Of a DNA stretch of 64,000 nt, positions 42,494 through 52,219 are shown piece after piece. Position 1 is the first letter of the stretch; each line of letters begins with the position of its first letter. This DNA comes from Eggerthellaceae bacterium (GTDB taxonomy: Bacteria > Bacillota > Clostridia > Christensenellales > UBA1242), in assembly GCA_963602685.1 (NCBI GenBank), contig CAVCJG010000005.1:15047-79046 (forward strand). The letters are read 5' to 3'. Under the pieces are notes generated by a model. That model did not search any database, was not told the DNA's origin, and worked only from the letters and a program-made list of their open reading frames with translations. A program made the position numbers and the translations under genes.

Positions 42494-43423
42494 TTATAAA
42501 TCCCAAGCGGTATCATCTTTGTTGGCGTTTTTGCTGTTTTCGCCAAATATTTGCTTTTCAGCCGCCGAAACAGTCGCTTCGTTTATGGCAAGTCTTTGCT
42601 GTTTTATTTCACTATCTACAAAAATTTCAGCCAGTTTTGTTACGTTTCGATTGACAATAGCCTCTTTTAATGCAGCCATATATGCTTTGCTTTCCTCTTC
42701 CGTCTCACAAATCGAAATTGGTGAAAGCCCTTGAAGTTTCAACATTGCGTTCGTCAAAATGAACGCCATGCGCTTATTTCCGTCGCTAAAAGGTTGAATC
42801 CTTACAAATTGTGCATGCGCCTTTGCGATGCTTCCAAAATTTATTGGTCTCTCAGCATTCATGTTGCTCCAATCAACATCACAGTTGACATATTTTACAA
42901 ACATTTCGCCCAAAGATTTTGTAATATCATTTGCCTTTGTAGGTTCACAAAAACTAAGTTGTATAAGTCCCGAATTTTCATCTCTAAATCCGGACATTTC
43001 TTTTTTTGAAAGATTCTCATTGTTTTTCATCAACTTTTGATAGATAAAAGGCAGCAAATTGTGGTCTAAATATCTATCTCTATAATTTCCAAACATGTCT
43101 TTTGCATCTAAATAATAAAACAAGTCGTCTTGCGCTTCAACATATCCTTGAATTGAGGCTTTGTATTGAGCATTAAATTCATCTTTATATGGTGGCATTT
43201 CATTTCTAGCTTTAGGATTATCAAGCATAGTCGCGCTGATTGACGCACGAATAAGAGCACATCTGTCGATTTCTTGTGCTGTCAATTCATCCTTCGCTTT
43301 AATTTTATCAACAATAGCCTTGTTTATCTTTACGATTTCAAGTTTACTAGAAAAATATTGGTCGTCGCACTCAAATTCTTTACTTTCTTTTTCTGGCGTA
43401 AGCCAAAGTCTTCCTTCCTTCAT
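42494..43423 (-). CDS. Fic/DOC-family protein with a degenerate active-site motif
   Basis: The region AHAQFVRIQPFSDGNKRMAFILTNAM aligns to the Fic motif HPFx(D/E)GNGRxxR, but reads Q-P-F-S-D-G-N-K-R-M-A-F. Confidence 0.7.
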   Translation of the reverse strand: MKEGRLWLTPEKESKEFECDDQYFSSKLEIVKINKAIVDKIKAKDELTAQEIDRCALIRASISATMLDNPKARNEMPPYKDEFNAQYKASIQGYVEAQDDLFYYLDAKDMFGNYRDRYLDHNLLPFIYQKLMKNNENLSKKEMSGFRDENSGLIQLSFCEPTKANDITKSLGEMFVKYVNCDVDWSNMNAERPINFGSIAKAHAQFVRIQPFSDGNKRMAFILTNAMLKLQGLSPISICETEEESKAYMAALKEAIVNRNVTKLAEIFVDSEIKQQRLAINEATVSAAEKQIFGENSKNANKDDTAWDL

Positions 43424-43660
43424 TTTTCTCTCCTTATTTTATTGTATAACATTTTTGCAATTTCGTCAAGATTTGATAAAAATTTTAATAATTTCGCAAT
43501 TTTTAATAAAAAATTAGCAAAAAATGCTAAAAAATCGCAAAAAAATTAAAATTATTGATTTTTTAAAATATTTATCTCCCTTTAAAAAACTTGTTAAAAA
43601 ATATTTTTTGAATATATTTTTTTCTTTTAATCAAATTAAAAATGTAAAAGGAGAAAAATT

Positions 43661-44527
43661 ATGAAAAAAATTATTTTTAAATTATTTTTATTTACTTTGG
43701 TTATTTTATCAATCACGACAATTACATCGACAAAGTTAATATCGGCAAAGTGTTTCAGTGAAGAGCCGCCTGAAATGGAAGAAATACAAATTTTGGATGA
43801 AAACTACGCTCAAAATCAGCCAGAAGATGGCGAAAATGACGATGCAGAAGAAAATTCCAATGCAAATGAAGACACAAACCAATCTGAAAACACGACCGAT
43901 AACAACGTAAAAAATGATTCAAACGACAAAGACGTGCCAGTAGCAAAAATCATAGTTTATGGTGGCGGAAAAGTTACAGTAAAACCTGATATCGCCTACA
44001 TTTCTATCGGCGTTGAAACTGTAAATTCAAATCTTCAAACTGCAATAAAAGAAAACAATGACAGCATAATCGCTATAATTGATTATTTAAAATCAAAAAA
44101 TATCGAAGAAAATGATATAAAAACAAAATATTATTCGGTTTATCAAAGCAGAGACTATACAACAAGCGAAAAATATCAACAATATCACATCAGCAATACA
44201 ATCGAATATAAAACCACAGACTTAGAAAATATCGGCACTCAAATAACTGAATTAACCGAACTCGGAGCAAATAGATTAGATAATATTCAATTCGATTGCT
44301 CTGATATATCAAATTACTATCAAAAAGCACTAAAACTTGCACTAGAAGATGCAAAGCAAAAAGCCGCAAGCTTTACTTCTGCCCAACTTACTATTGATAA
44401 AATCACTGAAGAGAACATTTACACCTGCATGCCATACCGCAGCATAGATGCTTATGCAAAAAATGCCGAAACTGTTAAAAGCGGAAATATAGAAATCGAA
44501 GCAAAAATCGTTGTTGTTTTTAAATAA
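43661..44527 (+). CDS. Secreted SIMPL-domain (DUF541/BP26-like) protein
   Basis: Signal peptide, acidic N/E/D linker, then KVTVKPDIAYISIGVETVNSNLQTAIKENNDSIIAIIDYLKSKNIEENDIKT..., typical of SIMPL. Confidence 0.7.
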   Translation: MKKIIFKLFLFTLVILSITTITSTKLISAKCFSEEPPEMEEIQILDENYAQNQPEDGENDDAEENSNANEDTNQSENTTDNNVKNDSNDKDVPVAKIIVYGGGKVTVKPDIAYISIGVETVNSNLQTAIKENNDSIIAIIDYLKSKNIEENDIKTKYYSVYQSRDYTTSEKYQQYHISNTIEYKTTDLENIGTQITELTELGANRLDNIQFDCSDISNYYQKALKLALEDAKQKAASFTSAQLTIDKITEENIYTCMPYRSIDAYAKNAETVKSGNIEIEAKIVVVFK

Positions 44528-44710
44528 CCAACATTTTGACTAGTTAAAATGAAAATTTCTATATTGTTCAATGCGATAACACATATTTCACGCCACTAAA
44601 ACAATACTTACCCAATGCAAATTCCACTTGTATATATGTTTGTTGCCCATCGCACCCCACGCATTATATATCCCCCCAAAAAAAATCAACACAATATAAT
44701 TGCCTAAAAG

Positions 44711-44756
44711 TCTAGATTATTTGCATTATCTAGATTATTCGCTTTATCTAGATTAT
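44711..44756. repeat. Three direct copies of TCTAGATTAT (palindromic core TCTAGA / ATCTAGAT) at an exact 18-bp period
   Basis: Copies at 44711-44720, 44729-44738 and 44747-44756, inside a 534-bp noncoding gap. Confidence 0.8.
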
Positions 44757-44885
44757 CACAAATCCTATTTTACTGTTGTGCGATGTAGGCAACGCATATC
44801 GGTCGCATAATCGTGTAGCTATATGGTTGATATATAATTCCACATACAAAAATACAATCACATGGGATTGTTTCTAAAACAAATA

Positions 44886-44912
44886 AAGAACTGCCACGCA
44901 GTTCTTTTTTAT
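44886..44912. terminator. Strong hairpin terminator (bidirectional) in the noncoding gap
   Basis: AAGAACTGC-CAC-GCAGTTCTT (9-bp stem), with T-runs after it on both strands. Confidence 0.65.
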
Positions 44913-45061
44913 TAAAATTTAATTTTTTTCGGCTTAAACCCCACAAATTTTAGTTAAAATGGCGCAAATTTTGTTGTTTTTTAATATTTTTCTATTTATT
45001 TTAAATTTTTCGCAAATTTATCATAGTTGATATTAAAAAAAATAAAGAGAGTTATTTCTCC

Positions 45062-45796
45062 TTATTTTTTATAGTATTTGCTGCTTGTCAAATAATTGCA
45101 AACGGATTCTTTATCGGCTAAAACCTCTTTGTTAAAGATTACATCGCTGCCAGATGACAATTTTAAGTTGAATACTTTTGCCATATCGCTGTTTTCGCTA
45201 TTTTCAACTTGTTTTACCTCAAGGTTACAATCAACAACTTTGCTTTCAAATATATTACGCTCATCAACGATCAACAATTTATTTTCTGACAAGAAGAACA
45301 ATCTCTGCTCGCCATTCTTAATGAAATTTTGTGAACCTAAATATTTTTGAAATTCAAAATTTAACTTAGTCTGCTCTGCATTAAATGTATCAAATAAACC
45401 AACAATCGCTTCGTCACATTTCAACTCGCCTGCAAATATTTTTAAAGGCGCAATTTGTTTTAAACTGTTAATTTTATTTTGCGCTTCTTCTTTTTTGGAA
45501 GATATGAAGACATCTTCAATTTCTTCAAAGTTGAAGGCAATGTTTTGAATTGTTTGGATATTACCGATTAAATTCTCATCTGTCAATTCACTTTCAACCG
45601 TCTGGCCTAAGTATTTTGTTTTGTCAAATTGCAATTTATTTGACTTACAAAATCTTTCAAGTTTGTTCAACTTTTTATTATATTTAGATGTCATAATTTC
45701 CGTTGCCACAGTTGGCATTTTCAATTTACGGCTAAATACAAAATATAACACCAGACAGATGACCAATAATACTGATATTACAATACTAAACCACAT
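45062..45796 (-). CDS. Membrane-anchored hypothetical protein (244 aa), co-oriented 15 nt downstream of rbr
   Basis: N-terminal TM (WFSIVISVLLVICLVLYFVF). No recognisable domain. Confidence 0.6.
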   Translation of the reverse strand: MWFSIVISVLLVICLVLYFVFSRKLKMPTVATEIMTSKYNKKLNKLERFCKSNKLQFDKTKYLGQTVESELTDENLIGNIQTIQNIAFNFEEIEDVFISSKKEEAQNKINSLKQIAPLKIFAGELKCDEAIVGLFDTFNAEQTKLNFEFQKYLGSQNFIKNGEQRLFFLSENKLLIVDERNIFESKVVDCNLEVKQVENSENSDMAKVFNLKLSSGSDVIFNKEVLADKESVCNYLTSSKYYKK

Positions 45797-45811
45797 TTTA
45801 CACCCGCAATA

Positions 45812-46351
45812 TTAAAATTCTTCGTTGTGAAGTTCAAAATATGCTTGCGGATGATTGCATACAGGACAAACTTTTGGGGCTTCGTCGCCAACGTACACAT
45901 GTCCGCAGTTTCTGCAAATCCATACCTTTTTAGATGTCTTTTTAAAGACTTTTCCTTCTTTAACTAATTGCGCAAGCTTTAAATATCTCTCTTCGTGTCT
46001 TTTTTCAATGGCTGCAACACCTAAAAACTTAGCGGCAAGTTCGTCAAACCCTTCTTCTTTTGCTTCTTTTGCCATTCTTTCATACATAGATGTCCATTCT
46101 CCATGTTCGCCAGCTGCAGCATCAATTAAATTTTCAAGTGTTGATGGAACTTCACCGTTATGTAAATATTTAAACCACATTTTTGCATGTTCTTTTTCAT
46201 TTCCAGCAGTTTCATCGAATATTGCTGCAATTTGTTCATATCCTTCTTTCTTTGCTTTTGAAGAATAGAATGTATATTTGTTTCTTGCTTGGCTTTCACC
46301 AGCAAAAGCTTCCATTAAATTCTTTTCTGTTTTTGTTCCTTTTAAGTTCAT
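45812..46351 (-). CDS. rbr: Rubrerythrin
   Basis: Ferritin-like N-terminal domain ([16 protein letters not shown]...EKEHAKMW) and C-terminal rubredoxin CRNCG...CPVC. Confidence 0.9.
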   Translation of the reverse strand: MNLKGTKTEKNLMEAFAGESQARNKYTFYSSKAKKEGYEQIAAIFDETAGNEKEHAKMWFKYLHNGEVPSTLENLIDAAAGEHGEWTSMYERMAKEAKEEGFDELAAKFLGVAAIEKRHEERYLKLAQLVKEGKVFKKTSKKVWICRNCGHVYVGDEAPKVCPVCNHPQAYFELHNEEF

Positions 46352-46375
46352 GTTTTCCTCCTTGTTTATATACCA

Positions 46376-46404
46376 ATATTACCATAAAGCAATCTCCGTG
46401 TCAA
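46376..46404 (-). promoter_or_regulatory. rbr promoter (TTGACA-17-TAATAT, extended -10 TG)
   Basis: Minus-strand TTGACA = 46404-46399 and TAATAT = 46381-46376. Confidence 0.6.
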
Positions 46405-46487
46405 ACGATTTTTGGCCTATTTTCCGTTTGCACTATGCAGATTTTTATCAATTTTTAGGTGTTTTCTCATGTTTACAAGATTAAAAT

Positions 46488-46503
46488 TGTTTCACGTGAA
46501 ACA
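46488..46503. other. parS centromere-like site (perfect palindrome TGTTTCACGTGAAACA)
   Basis: Matches the Bacillota parS consensus TGTTNCACGTGAAACA at all 16 positions. Lies 60 bp downstream of the parB stop. Confidence 0.85.
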
Positions 46504-46527
46504 TAAGAAAAAGGGGTAATAAAAAAA

Positions 46528-46543
46528 TGTTTCACATGAAACA
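46528..46543. other. Second parS-like site (TGTTTCACATGAAACA, one central mismatch)
   Basis: 15/16 identical to the site 40 bp away. Confidence 0.7.
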
Positions 46544-46562
46544 TTTTTTGTTTTAAGATATG

Positions 46563-47456
46563 TTATTTGTTTTTAGAAAGAAGTGTCATCATATCTGCCA
46601 ATCTATCTAAATCATCTCTTGAATAGTAATCAATATAGATTCTTCCTTTGTTGTCGTTTCCAATAGCAGATACTTTTGTGCCCATAACTCTTTGCATTGA
46701 TACGATTAAATCTTTAAGTTCGAGAGATTGCTCAGATTTTGGTCTTGTTTTAGAATCTGGATGATTTAATCTCTTTACGGCTCTTTCAAGGTCACGGACG
46801 TTCCATTTATCTTTAACAGCTTGATTTGCAAGTTTAATTTGATCAAGGTGATTGTCAACAACAACCAATGCTCTAGCATGACCAGCAGAAAGTGTTCCTT
46901 TTTCAATCATGTCCAAAACTTCAGGATAAAGTGAAAGTAAACGTAATGTATTGGCAATATTTGATCTGCTTTTGCCGATTCTTTCTGAAACTGCCTCTTG
47001 CGTCAACTTATATTCTTCCATAAGTTGCTTAATTGCTCTTGCTGCTTCGATTGGGTTGAGATCTTCTCTTTGTAAGTTTTCAATGATTGAGATTTCTTTG
47101 ATTTGTTTGTCTGTGTAATTTTTAATAATAACAGGAACAGATTTCAATCCTGCGATTTTAGCAGCACGATATCTTCTTTCGCCGGCAATAATAAGATATG
47201 TCCCGTCTCCATTGTCGTTTAATACAAGTGGTTGGATAATACCGTGAACTTTAATAGATGAAGCAAGTTCTTTTAAAGCTTCTTCGTCAAAGTTCTTTCT
47301 TGGCTGATTTGGGTTAGGGAATATCTTGTCAAGCTCTACTGAATCGATTTCTTTTGATGTTGTCTTTTTTACTTCTGATGGAGTTGATTGTTCAACTTCT
47401 TCATCATACATAGCAAACAAACTTTCAAGTCCTCTTCCAAGTCCTTTTTTAATCAT
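46563..47456 (-). CDS. parB: Chromosome partitioning protein ParB/Spo0J
   Basis: KKGLGRGLESLF N-terminus, GERRYRAAK box and an HTH region. Confidence 0.92.
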   Translation of the reverse strand: MIKKGLGRGLESLFAMYDEEVEQSTPSEVKKTTSKEIDSVELDKIFPNPNQPRKNFDEEALKELASSIKVHGIIQPLVLNDNGDGTYLIIAGERRYRAAKIAGLKSVPVIIKNYTDKQIKEISIIENLQREDLNPIEAARAIKQLMEEYKLTQEAVSERIGKSRSNIANTLRLLSLYPEVLDMIEKGTLSAGHARALVVVDNHLDQIKLANQAVKDKWNVRDLERAVKRLNHPDSKTRPKSEQSLELKDLIVSMQRVMGTKVSAIGNDNKGRIYIDYYSRDDLDRLADMMTLLSKNK

Positions 47457-48276
47457 TCTTAATATCCTCCCTTAATTTGATTTTTGTGTGTTTGTTGATG
47501 CTTTTATATTTTATCTTATTTCTGTTCAAAAACTCTTCTGCAAGTGACAAATATGCTTCTGCGCCCTTAGAAGATGGGTCATAAAGTATAATTGGCATAC
47601 CGTGACTTGGTGCTTCAGCAAGTCTGATGTTTCTTGGAATGTAAGTATCAAATACTTTGCTTTTAAAGAATTTAATTATTTCTTGGCTTACTTGGTTGAT
47701 AAGATTTGAACGATTGTCTTTCATTGTTCTAACCACACCTTCGACGTCAAGTGTAGGATTTAAATGTAATTTTACAAGACGCAAAGTATTCATAAGTTGT
47801 GTAATACCGTCCAATGAGTAAAATTCGCATTGCATAGGAATAATAACGCTGTCAGATGCTGTCAAAGCGTTTACTGTAAGCAATCCAAGTGATGGTTGGC
47901 AGTCAATCATGATAAAATCATAGTATTCTTTGACATTGTCTAAGATTTCTTTGAGAATCTTTTCACGATTCGGAAGCGAAACCAAAGAAATTTCTGCTGC
48001 TGCTAGGTCTACTGTAGATGGAATAATGTCCAAACCATCAATTTGTGTTTGAATGATTACTTCATCGATAGGGCTTTCGCCATCAATAAGATCATAGATT
48101 GTTTTTAAGCCTTTATGTTTTTCGACGCCTACGCCACTTGTAGCATTTCCCTGAGGGTCCAAGTCAAGTATAAGCACTTTTTGTCCCATAGCGGCAAGAT
48201 ATGCGGATAAGTTTACACAAGTTGTTGTTTTACCAACTCCGCCTTTTTGATTAGTAAATGAAATAATTTTGCCCAT
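47449..48276 (-). CDS. parA: Chromosome partitioning ATPase ParA/Soj
   Basis: Deviant Walker A NQKGGVGKTTT and DLDPQGNATSG. Confidence 0.92.
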   Translation of the reverse strand: MGKIISFTNQKGGVGKTTTCVNLSAYLAAMGQKVLILDLDPQGNATSGVGVEKHKGLKTIYDLIDGESPIDEVIIQTQIDGLDIIPSTVDLAAAEISLVSLPNREKILKEILDNVKEYYDFIMIDCQPSLGLLTVNALTASDSVIIPMQCEFYSLDGITQLMNTLRLVKLHLNPTLDVEGVVRTMKDNRSNLINQVSQEIIKFFKSKVFDTYIPRNIRLAEAPSHGMPIILYDPSSKGAEAYLSLAEEFLNRNKIKYKSINKHTKIKLREDIKND

Positions 48277-48349
48277 TTTTACCTCTTTTGCTGTAATATT
48301 TAATTAAATATAACATAATTTTCAATAAAATGAAAGTTTTTAAATAAAA

Positions 48350-49033
48350 TTATAAAGGATTTTTTCTTGGTTGATTTCCAGAACGTGGATATTTTGATGG
48401 TGTATGTTTAATTTTTCTTAAAACAATAAGCGATCTTGTGTTGTCAAGATAACGATAACGTTTAATCTCTTCGATTTGGCAACCGAGTTCACTTATGGCA
48501 TTTTGTGCCGATTCAACTTCTTCAAAAAATTCTGCGCCCTTATAAATTATCGCTTTTCCGTTCATTTTTACGAATGGAAGCAAATATTCTGACAAAGTTG
48601 AAAGGTTGGCAACCGCACGAGCAGTGACACGATCAAAACTTTCTTTTTCCTTAAACTCTTCAGCGCGCGCATGAATCGCTTTAACATTTTTAAGTTGCAA
48701 CTTTTCTATAAGTTGATTTAAAAAGTTTACGCGTTTATTTAAACTGTCTAAAAGAGTGATTTGTAATTTATCGTTAAAAATTGCAAGAACGATTCCTGGA
48801 AAGCCTGCGCCAGAGCCTACATCCAACACTTTTCCTTCAAAGAAATTTATACCAACGCCGCAATCTATAAAATGTTTGTAAACAACATCTTCAAAATCGG
48901 TGATTGCTGTGAGATTATATTTTTCGTTTTCTTCGACCAAAAAGTTGTAATAGTCTTCAAACTGCTGCGCCTGCTTTTCGGTTATATTAAATCCTTCTTG
49001 TTTAAAAATTTCGGAGATTCTTTCTTTTTTCAT
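48350..49033 (-). CDS. rsmG: 16S rRNA (guanine527-N7)-methyltransferase
   Basis: VLDVGSGAGFPGIVLAI SAM motif. Conserved position between mnmG and parA. Confidence 0.88.
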   Translation of the reverse strand: MKKERISEIFKQEGFNITEKQAQQFEDYYNFLVEENEKYNLTAITDFEDVVYKHFIDCGVGINFFEGKVLDVGSGAGFPGIVLAIFNDKLQITLLDSLNKRVNFLNQLIEKLQLKNVKAIHARAEEFKEKESFDRVTARAVANLSTLSEYLLPFVKMNGKAIIYKGAEFFEEVESAQNAISELGCQIEEIKRYRYLDNTRSLIVLRKIKHTPSKYPRSGNQPRKNPL

Positions 49034-50895
49034 TTGTTGTTCTCCTTATATTTTTTGATGAGCACGCCCAAAACCGCAATGTCAGCAGGGGAAACACCCG
49101 AAACACGCGACGCTTGTCCTAAATTTAAAGGTTTAACTTGCGCCAACTTTTGAATAGTTTCGATTTTTAAGCCTTTTTGCTTTTCATAAGGAAAATCTTC
49201 TGGTATAAGTTGACTTTCCATCTTTTTCAGTTTTTCAATGTCTTCTTCTTGTTGTTTCAAGTAGCCTTCATATTTGGTTATAAGGTTCAACTCGTTGATG
49301 ACTTCATGAGAAAACTTATCAAAAATGTGATATTCGTCATTTAAGTTGAAAGCATCTAAATTGCTTCTTTTTATAATTTCTTTAACAGAAATTGAATTTT
49401 TAGGTGGATTTTCACCATGTTTTTCAAAATAATTTATCAATTGATCATCTAATTTAATTTTTTGAGATAAAATTTCGGTTGCTTTTTGTAATTGTTTTTT
49501 CTTGCGTGTAAAAACTTTGTAACGCTCATCATCAACTAATCCAACATTTCTGCCTTTTTCAGTCAAACGCAAATCGGCATTGTCTTGACGTAAGAAAAGT
49601 CGATATTCTGCGCGGCTTGTCATCATACGATAAGGCTCTAATGTCCCTTTTGTAACAATGTCGTCGATGAGCACACCGATGTATGCATCACTGCGAGATA
49701 AAATGAGTGGCTGCTTGTCTTCTAATTTTAACGCTGCGTTGATGCCGGCGATAAGACCTTGCGCTGCCGCTTCTTCATAGCCGCTTGTGCCGTTGATTTG
49801 TCCCGCAAAAAACATACCGTCGTGAGCCTTACTTTCAAGCGATGGTTTTAATTGGAGTGGGTCGATGCAGTCATATTCGATTGCATATGAATCTCTCATA
49901 ATTTCAGCGTTTTCAAGCCCTTTGACTGAGTGTATCATTTGCTCTTGTATATAAGTTGGCATTGAAGTTGAAAAACCTTGAATATAGACTTCGTTGGTTG
50001 AAAGCGCTTCAGGTTCTAAAAATAATTGATGTCTGTCTTTATCTGCGAAACGAACGATCTTCGTTTCGATTGAAGGGCAGTATCGTGGTCCGATTCCGAC
50101 TATTTCGCCAGAAATTGCTGGTGCTTTATCAAGGTTGTTTCTTATAATTTCATGTGTGTGAGGGTTTGTGTATGTCAAATAACAATCCGCAACGTTTTTA
50201 GGTTTTTTCTTTGTAATAAACGAAAAACTTTGAATGTCGTCTTCGCCTTTTTGAATTTCAAGTTGTGAAAAATCTATGCTGCGCTTGTTTACGCGGGCAG
50301 GAGTGCCTGTTTTAAAACGCAAAAGTTTAAATCCTAAATCTGAAAGTGACGAAGAAAGCAAGCGGGCGTTTTTGAATCCGTTTGGTCCAACGCTTTCAGT
50401 ATATTTGCCGATAATGATTCTGCTGTCAAGATAAACACCAGTGGCAAAAACAACCACTTTTGATTCAAATTCGTCGCCTACTGCTGTAGTGATAAGTTTT
50501 GTTTGACCGTTGTCTTCGATTTTAACAACTTCGGCTTGTTTTAAATAAAGGTTTGGAGTCGACTCGATGACTCTTTTCATTTCGGTGTGATATTCTACTT
50601 TATCAGCTTGCGCACGCAAACTTTGAACTGCTGGTCCACGGCCGCGATTTAACATACGAATTTGCAGCGATGTCTTGTCGGCGATTATTCCCATTTCTCC
50701 GCCTAGCGCGTCGATTTCACTGACAAGTTGACCTTTTGCTGTGCCACCGATTGATGGATTGCACGCCAAAAAAGCCACTGCATCCAAACTGATGGTGAGC
50801 AGCAGTGTGCTGTGTCCTTTTCGAGCAAGCGCAAGGGCGGCTTCGCAGCCTGCGTGACCTGCGCCGATTACAATCGCTTCATAACTTTGTTTCAT
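49030..50895 (-). CDS. mnmG: tRNA uridine 5-carboxymethylaminomethyl modification enzyme MnmG (GidA)
   Basis: VIGAGHAGCEAALALAR FAD motif, 621 aa, conserved throughout. Confidence 0.93.
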   Translation of the reverse strand: MKQSYEAIVIGAGHAGCEAALALARKGHSTLLLTISLDAVAFLACNPSIGGTAKGQLVSEIDALGGEMGIIADKTSLQIRMLNRGRGPAVQSLRAQADKVEYHTEMKRVIESTPNLYLKQAEVVKIEDNGQTKLITTAVGDEFESKVVVFATGVYLDSRIIIGKYTESVGPNGFKNARLLSSSLSDLGFKLLRFKTGTPARVNKRSIDFSQLEIQKGEDDIQSFSFITKKKPKNVADCYLTYTNPHTHEIIRNNLDKAPAISGEIVGIGPRYCPSIETKIVRFADKDRHQLFLEPEALSTNEVYIQGFSTSMPTYIQEQMIHSVKGLENAEIMRDSYAIEYDCIDPLQLKPSLESKAHDGMFFAGQINGTSGYEEAAAQGLIAGINAALKLEDKQPLILSRSDAYIGVLIDDIVTKGTLEPYRMMTSRAEYRLFLRQDNADLRLTEKGRNVGLVDDERYKVFTRKKKQLQKATEILSQKIKLDDQLINYFEKHGENPPKNSISVKEIIKRSNLDAFNLNDEYHIFDKFSHEVINELNLITKYEGYLKQQEEDIEKLKKMESQLIPEDFPYEKQKGLKIETIQKLAQVKPLNLGQASRVSGVSPADIAVLGVLIKKYKENNK

Positions 50896-50896
50896 T

Positions 50897-52219
50897 TTAT
50901 TTTCCTACGCAGAATTTAGCGAATATCACTGAAATAATATCTTCGTTTTCTGTTTCGCCAGTGATTTTGCCAAGTTCGTTCCATACTTTTTTAATAAGCA
51001 GTGACAATATTTCTAAACTTTCGTTTTTAACTTTAAAAATCTCATCGATTTGTTTTTGCGCGTTTTTAAGGTGGTTTAACTGGCGCTCGTTTGTGACAAT
51101 AAGCGAATTAAAATCAATCTGATTTTTTATTGTCATATCAAAAATCTTTTGCTTTAACTTTTCGATGTTTTCGCCACTGAGTGCAGAAACTTCTATTTCG
51201 TTTTCTTGCTTTGCGATAGCGCGGCTTTTGTCGACTTTGTTGATAACAGAAATAAATGGTTTGTCTGTTATGATGTTTCTAACGTTTTGGTCGTTTTCGC
51301 CCAGTTTTTCACTTCCGTCATAAACCATTAAAACGATGTCGCTATCTTCAAGCGCTTTCTTGCTTTTTTCAATTCCGATTCTTTCAATCGTGTCGCTGCT
51401 TTCTCTGATTCCGGCAGTGTCATAAAAATTAAAACGAATTCCGTTGTAATCAATGCTGCCTTCGACCACGTCACGTGTTGTGCCTTCGGTTGAAGTTACG
51501 ATCGCTTTATTTTCGCCAAGCAGAGCGTTTAACAGGCTGCTTTTGCCTACGTTTGCTTTTCCTACAAGCGCGATTTTCAGTCCGTTTTTAACATATCTCG
51601 CTTCTTGCGCCGTCTTTAAAAGCGTGAGTAATTGGTCGTTTACATAATTTAACTTTTCAAATATTTTATCGCGAACAACTTCGTTTTCGTCTTCGTCTGG
51701 ATAATCCATTGTTACTTCGATCTCAGCAAGCAGGGTTGTAAGTTCGCTTTGAAGCGCTTTGATTTTTTCAAGTAAGCGGCTGCCAGAAGTTGAAAGCACA
51801 CTTTTTAATTCGGCTTCGCTTTCGCTGTTGATTTCTTCAACGATAGTTTCAGCTTCGTTAAGCGAAATTTTGCCGTTTTCGAATGCGCGTTTAGAAAACT
51901 CGCCCGGCTCTGCCATAACCGCGCCATTATCAAGAAGCACTTGTTGAACCGCTTGTGCGATTGTTACGCCGCCGTGAATTTGAAATTCAACCATATCTTC
52001 GCCAGTGAAAGAAAATGGACCTTTAAAATAAACCATTAAACAGTGTTCGTAAACCTGGCCTAAATTAAACTTGCCAAGCATCATTTTGCGTGGCTCGATT
52101 TCACTTTTACATGAAAAAACTTTGGCAGCGATTGCAAGGCTTTCGCTTCCACTCATTCTAACTATTGAAATAGCACCTTTGCCAAGAGGTGTCGAAATTG
52201 CCACTATGGTTTTGTTCAC
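50897..52219 (-). CDS. mnmE: tRNA modification GTPase MnmE (TrmE)
   Basis: G-domain GKANVGKSSLLN, DTAGIR, NKVD, and C-terminal FCVGK. The track ORF begins at a TTG (52258); I place the start at the GTG at 52219 (NKTIVAISTPLGKGAISIVRMSG matches the usual N-terminus). The start is uncertain. Confidence 0.85.
   Translation of the reverse strand: MNKTIVAISTPLGKGAISIVRMSGSESLAIAAKVFSCKSEIEPRKMMLGKFNLGQVYEHCLMVYFKGPFSFTGEDMVEFQIHGGVTIAQAVQQVLLDNGAVMAEPGEFSKRAFENGKISLNEAETIVEEINSESEAELKSVLSTSGSRLLEKIKALQSELTTLLAEIEVTMDYPDEDENEVVRDKIFEKLNYVNDQLLTLLKTAQEARYVKNGLKIALVGKANVGKSSLLNALLGENKAIVTSTEGTTRDVVEGSIDYNGIRFNFYDTAGIRESSDTIERIGIEKSKKALEDSDIVLMVYDGSEKLGENDQNVRNIITDKPFISVINKVDKSRAIAKQENEIEVSALSGENIEKLKQKIFDMTIKNQIDFNSLIVTNERQLNHLKNAQKQIDEIFKVKNESLEILSLLIKKVWNELGKITGETENEDIISVIFAKFCVGK

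Noticed and set aside
44711-44756. Possible CRISPR array or replication iterons
   Set aside because: There are only three 10-bp repeats with 8-bp spacers, far too short and few for CRISPR, and no cas genes are present. There is no adjacent rep gene, so a plasmid-type iteron origin is unsupported. It is reported only as an unexplained protein-binding-like array.
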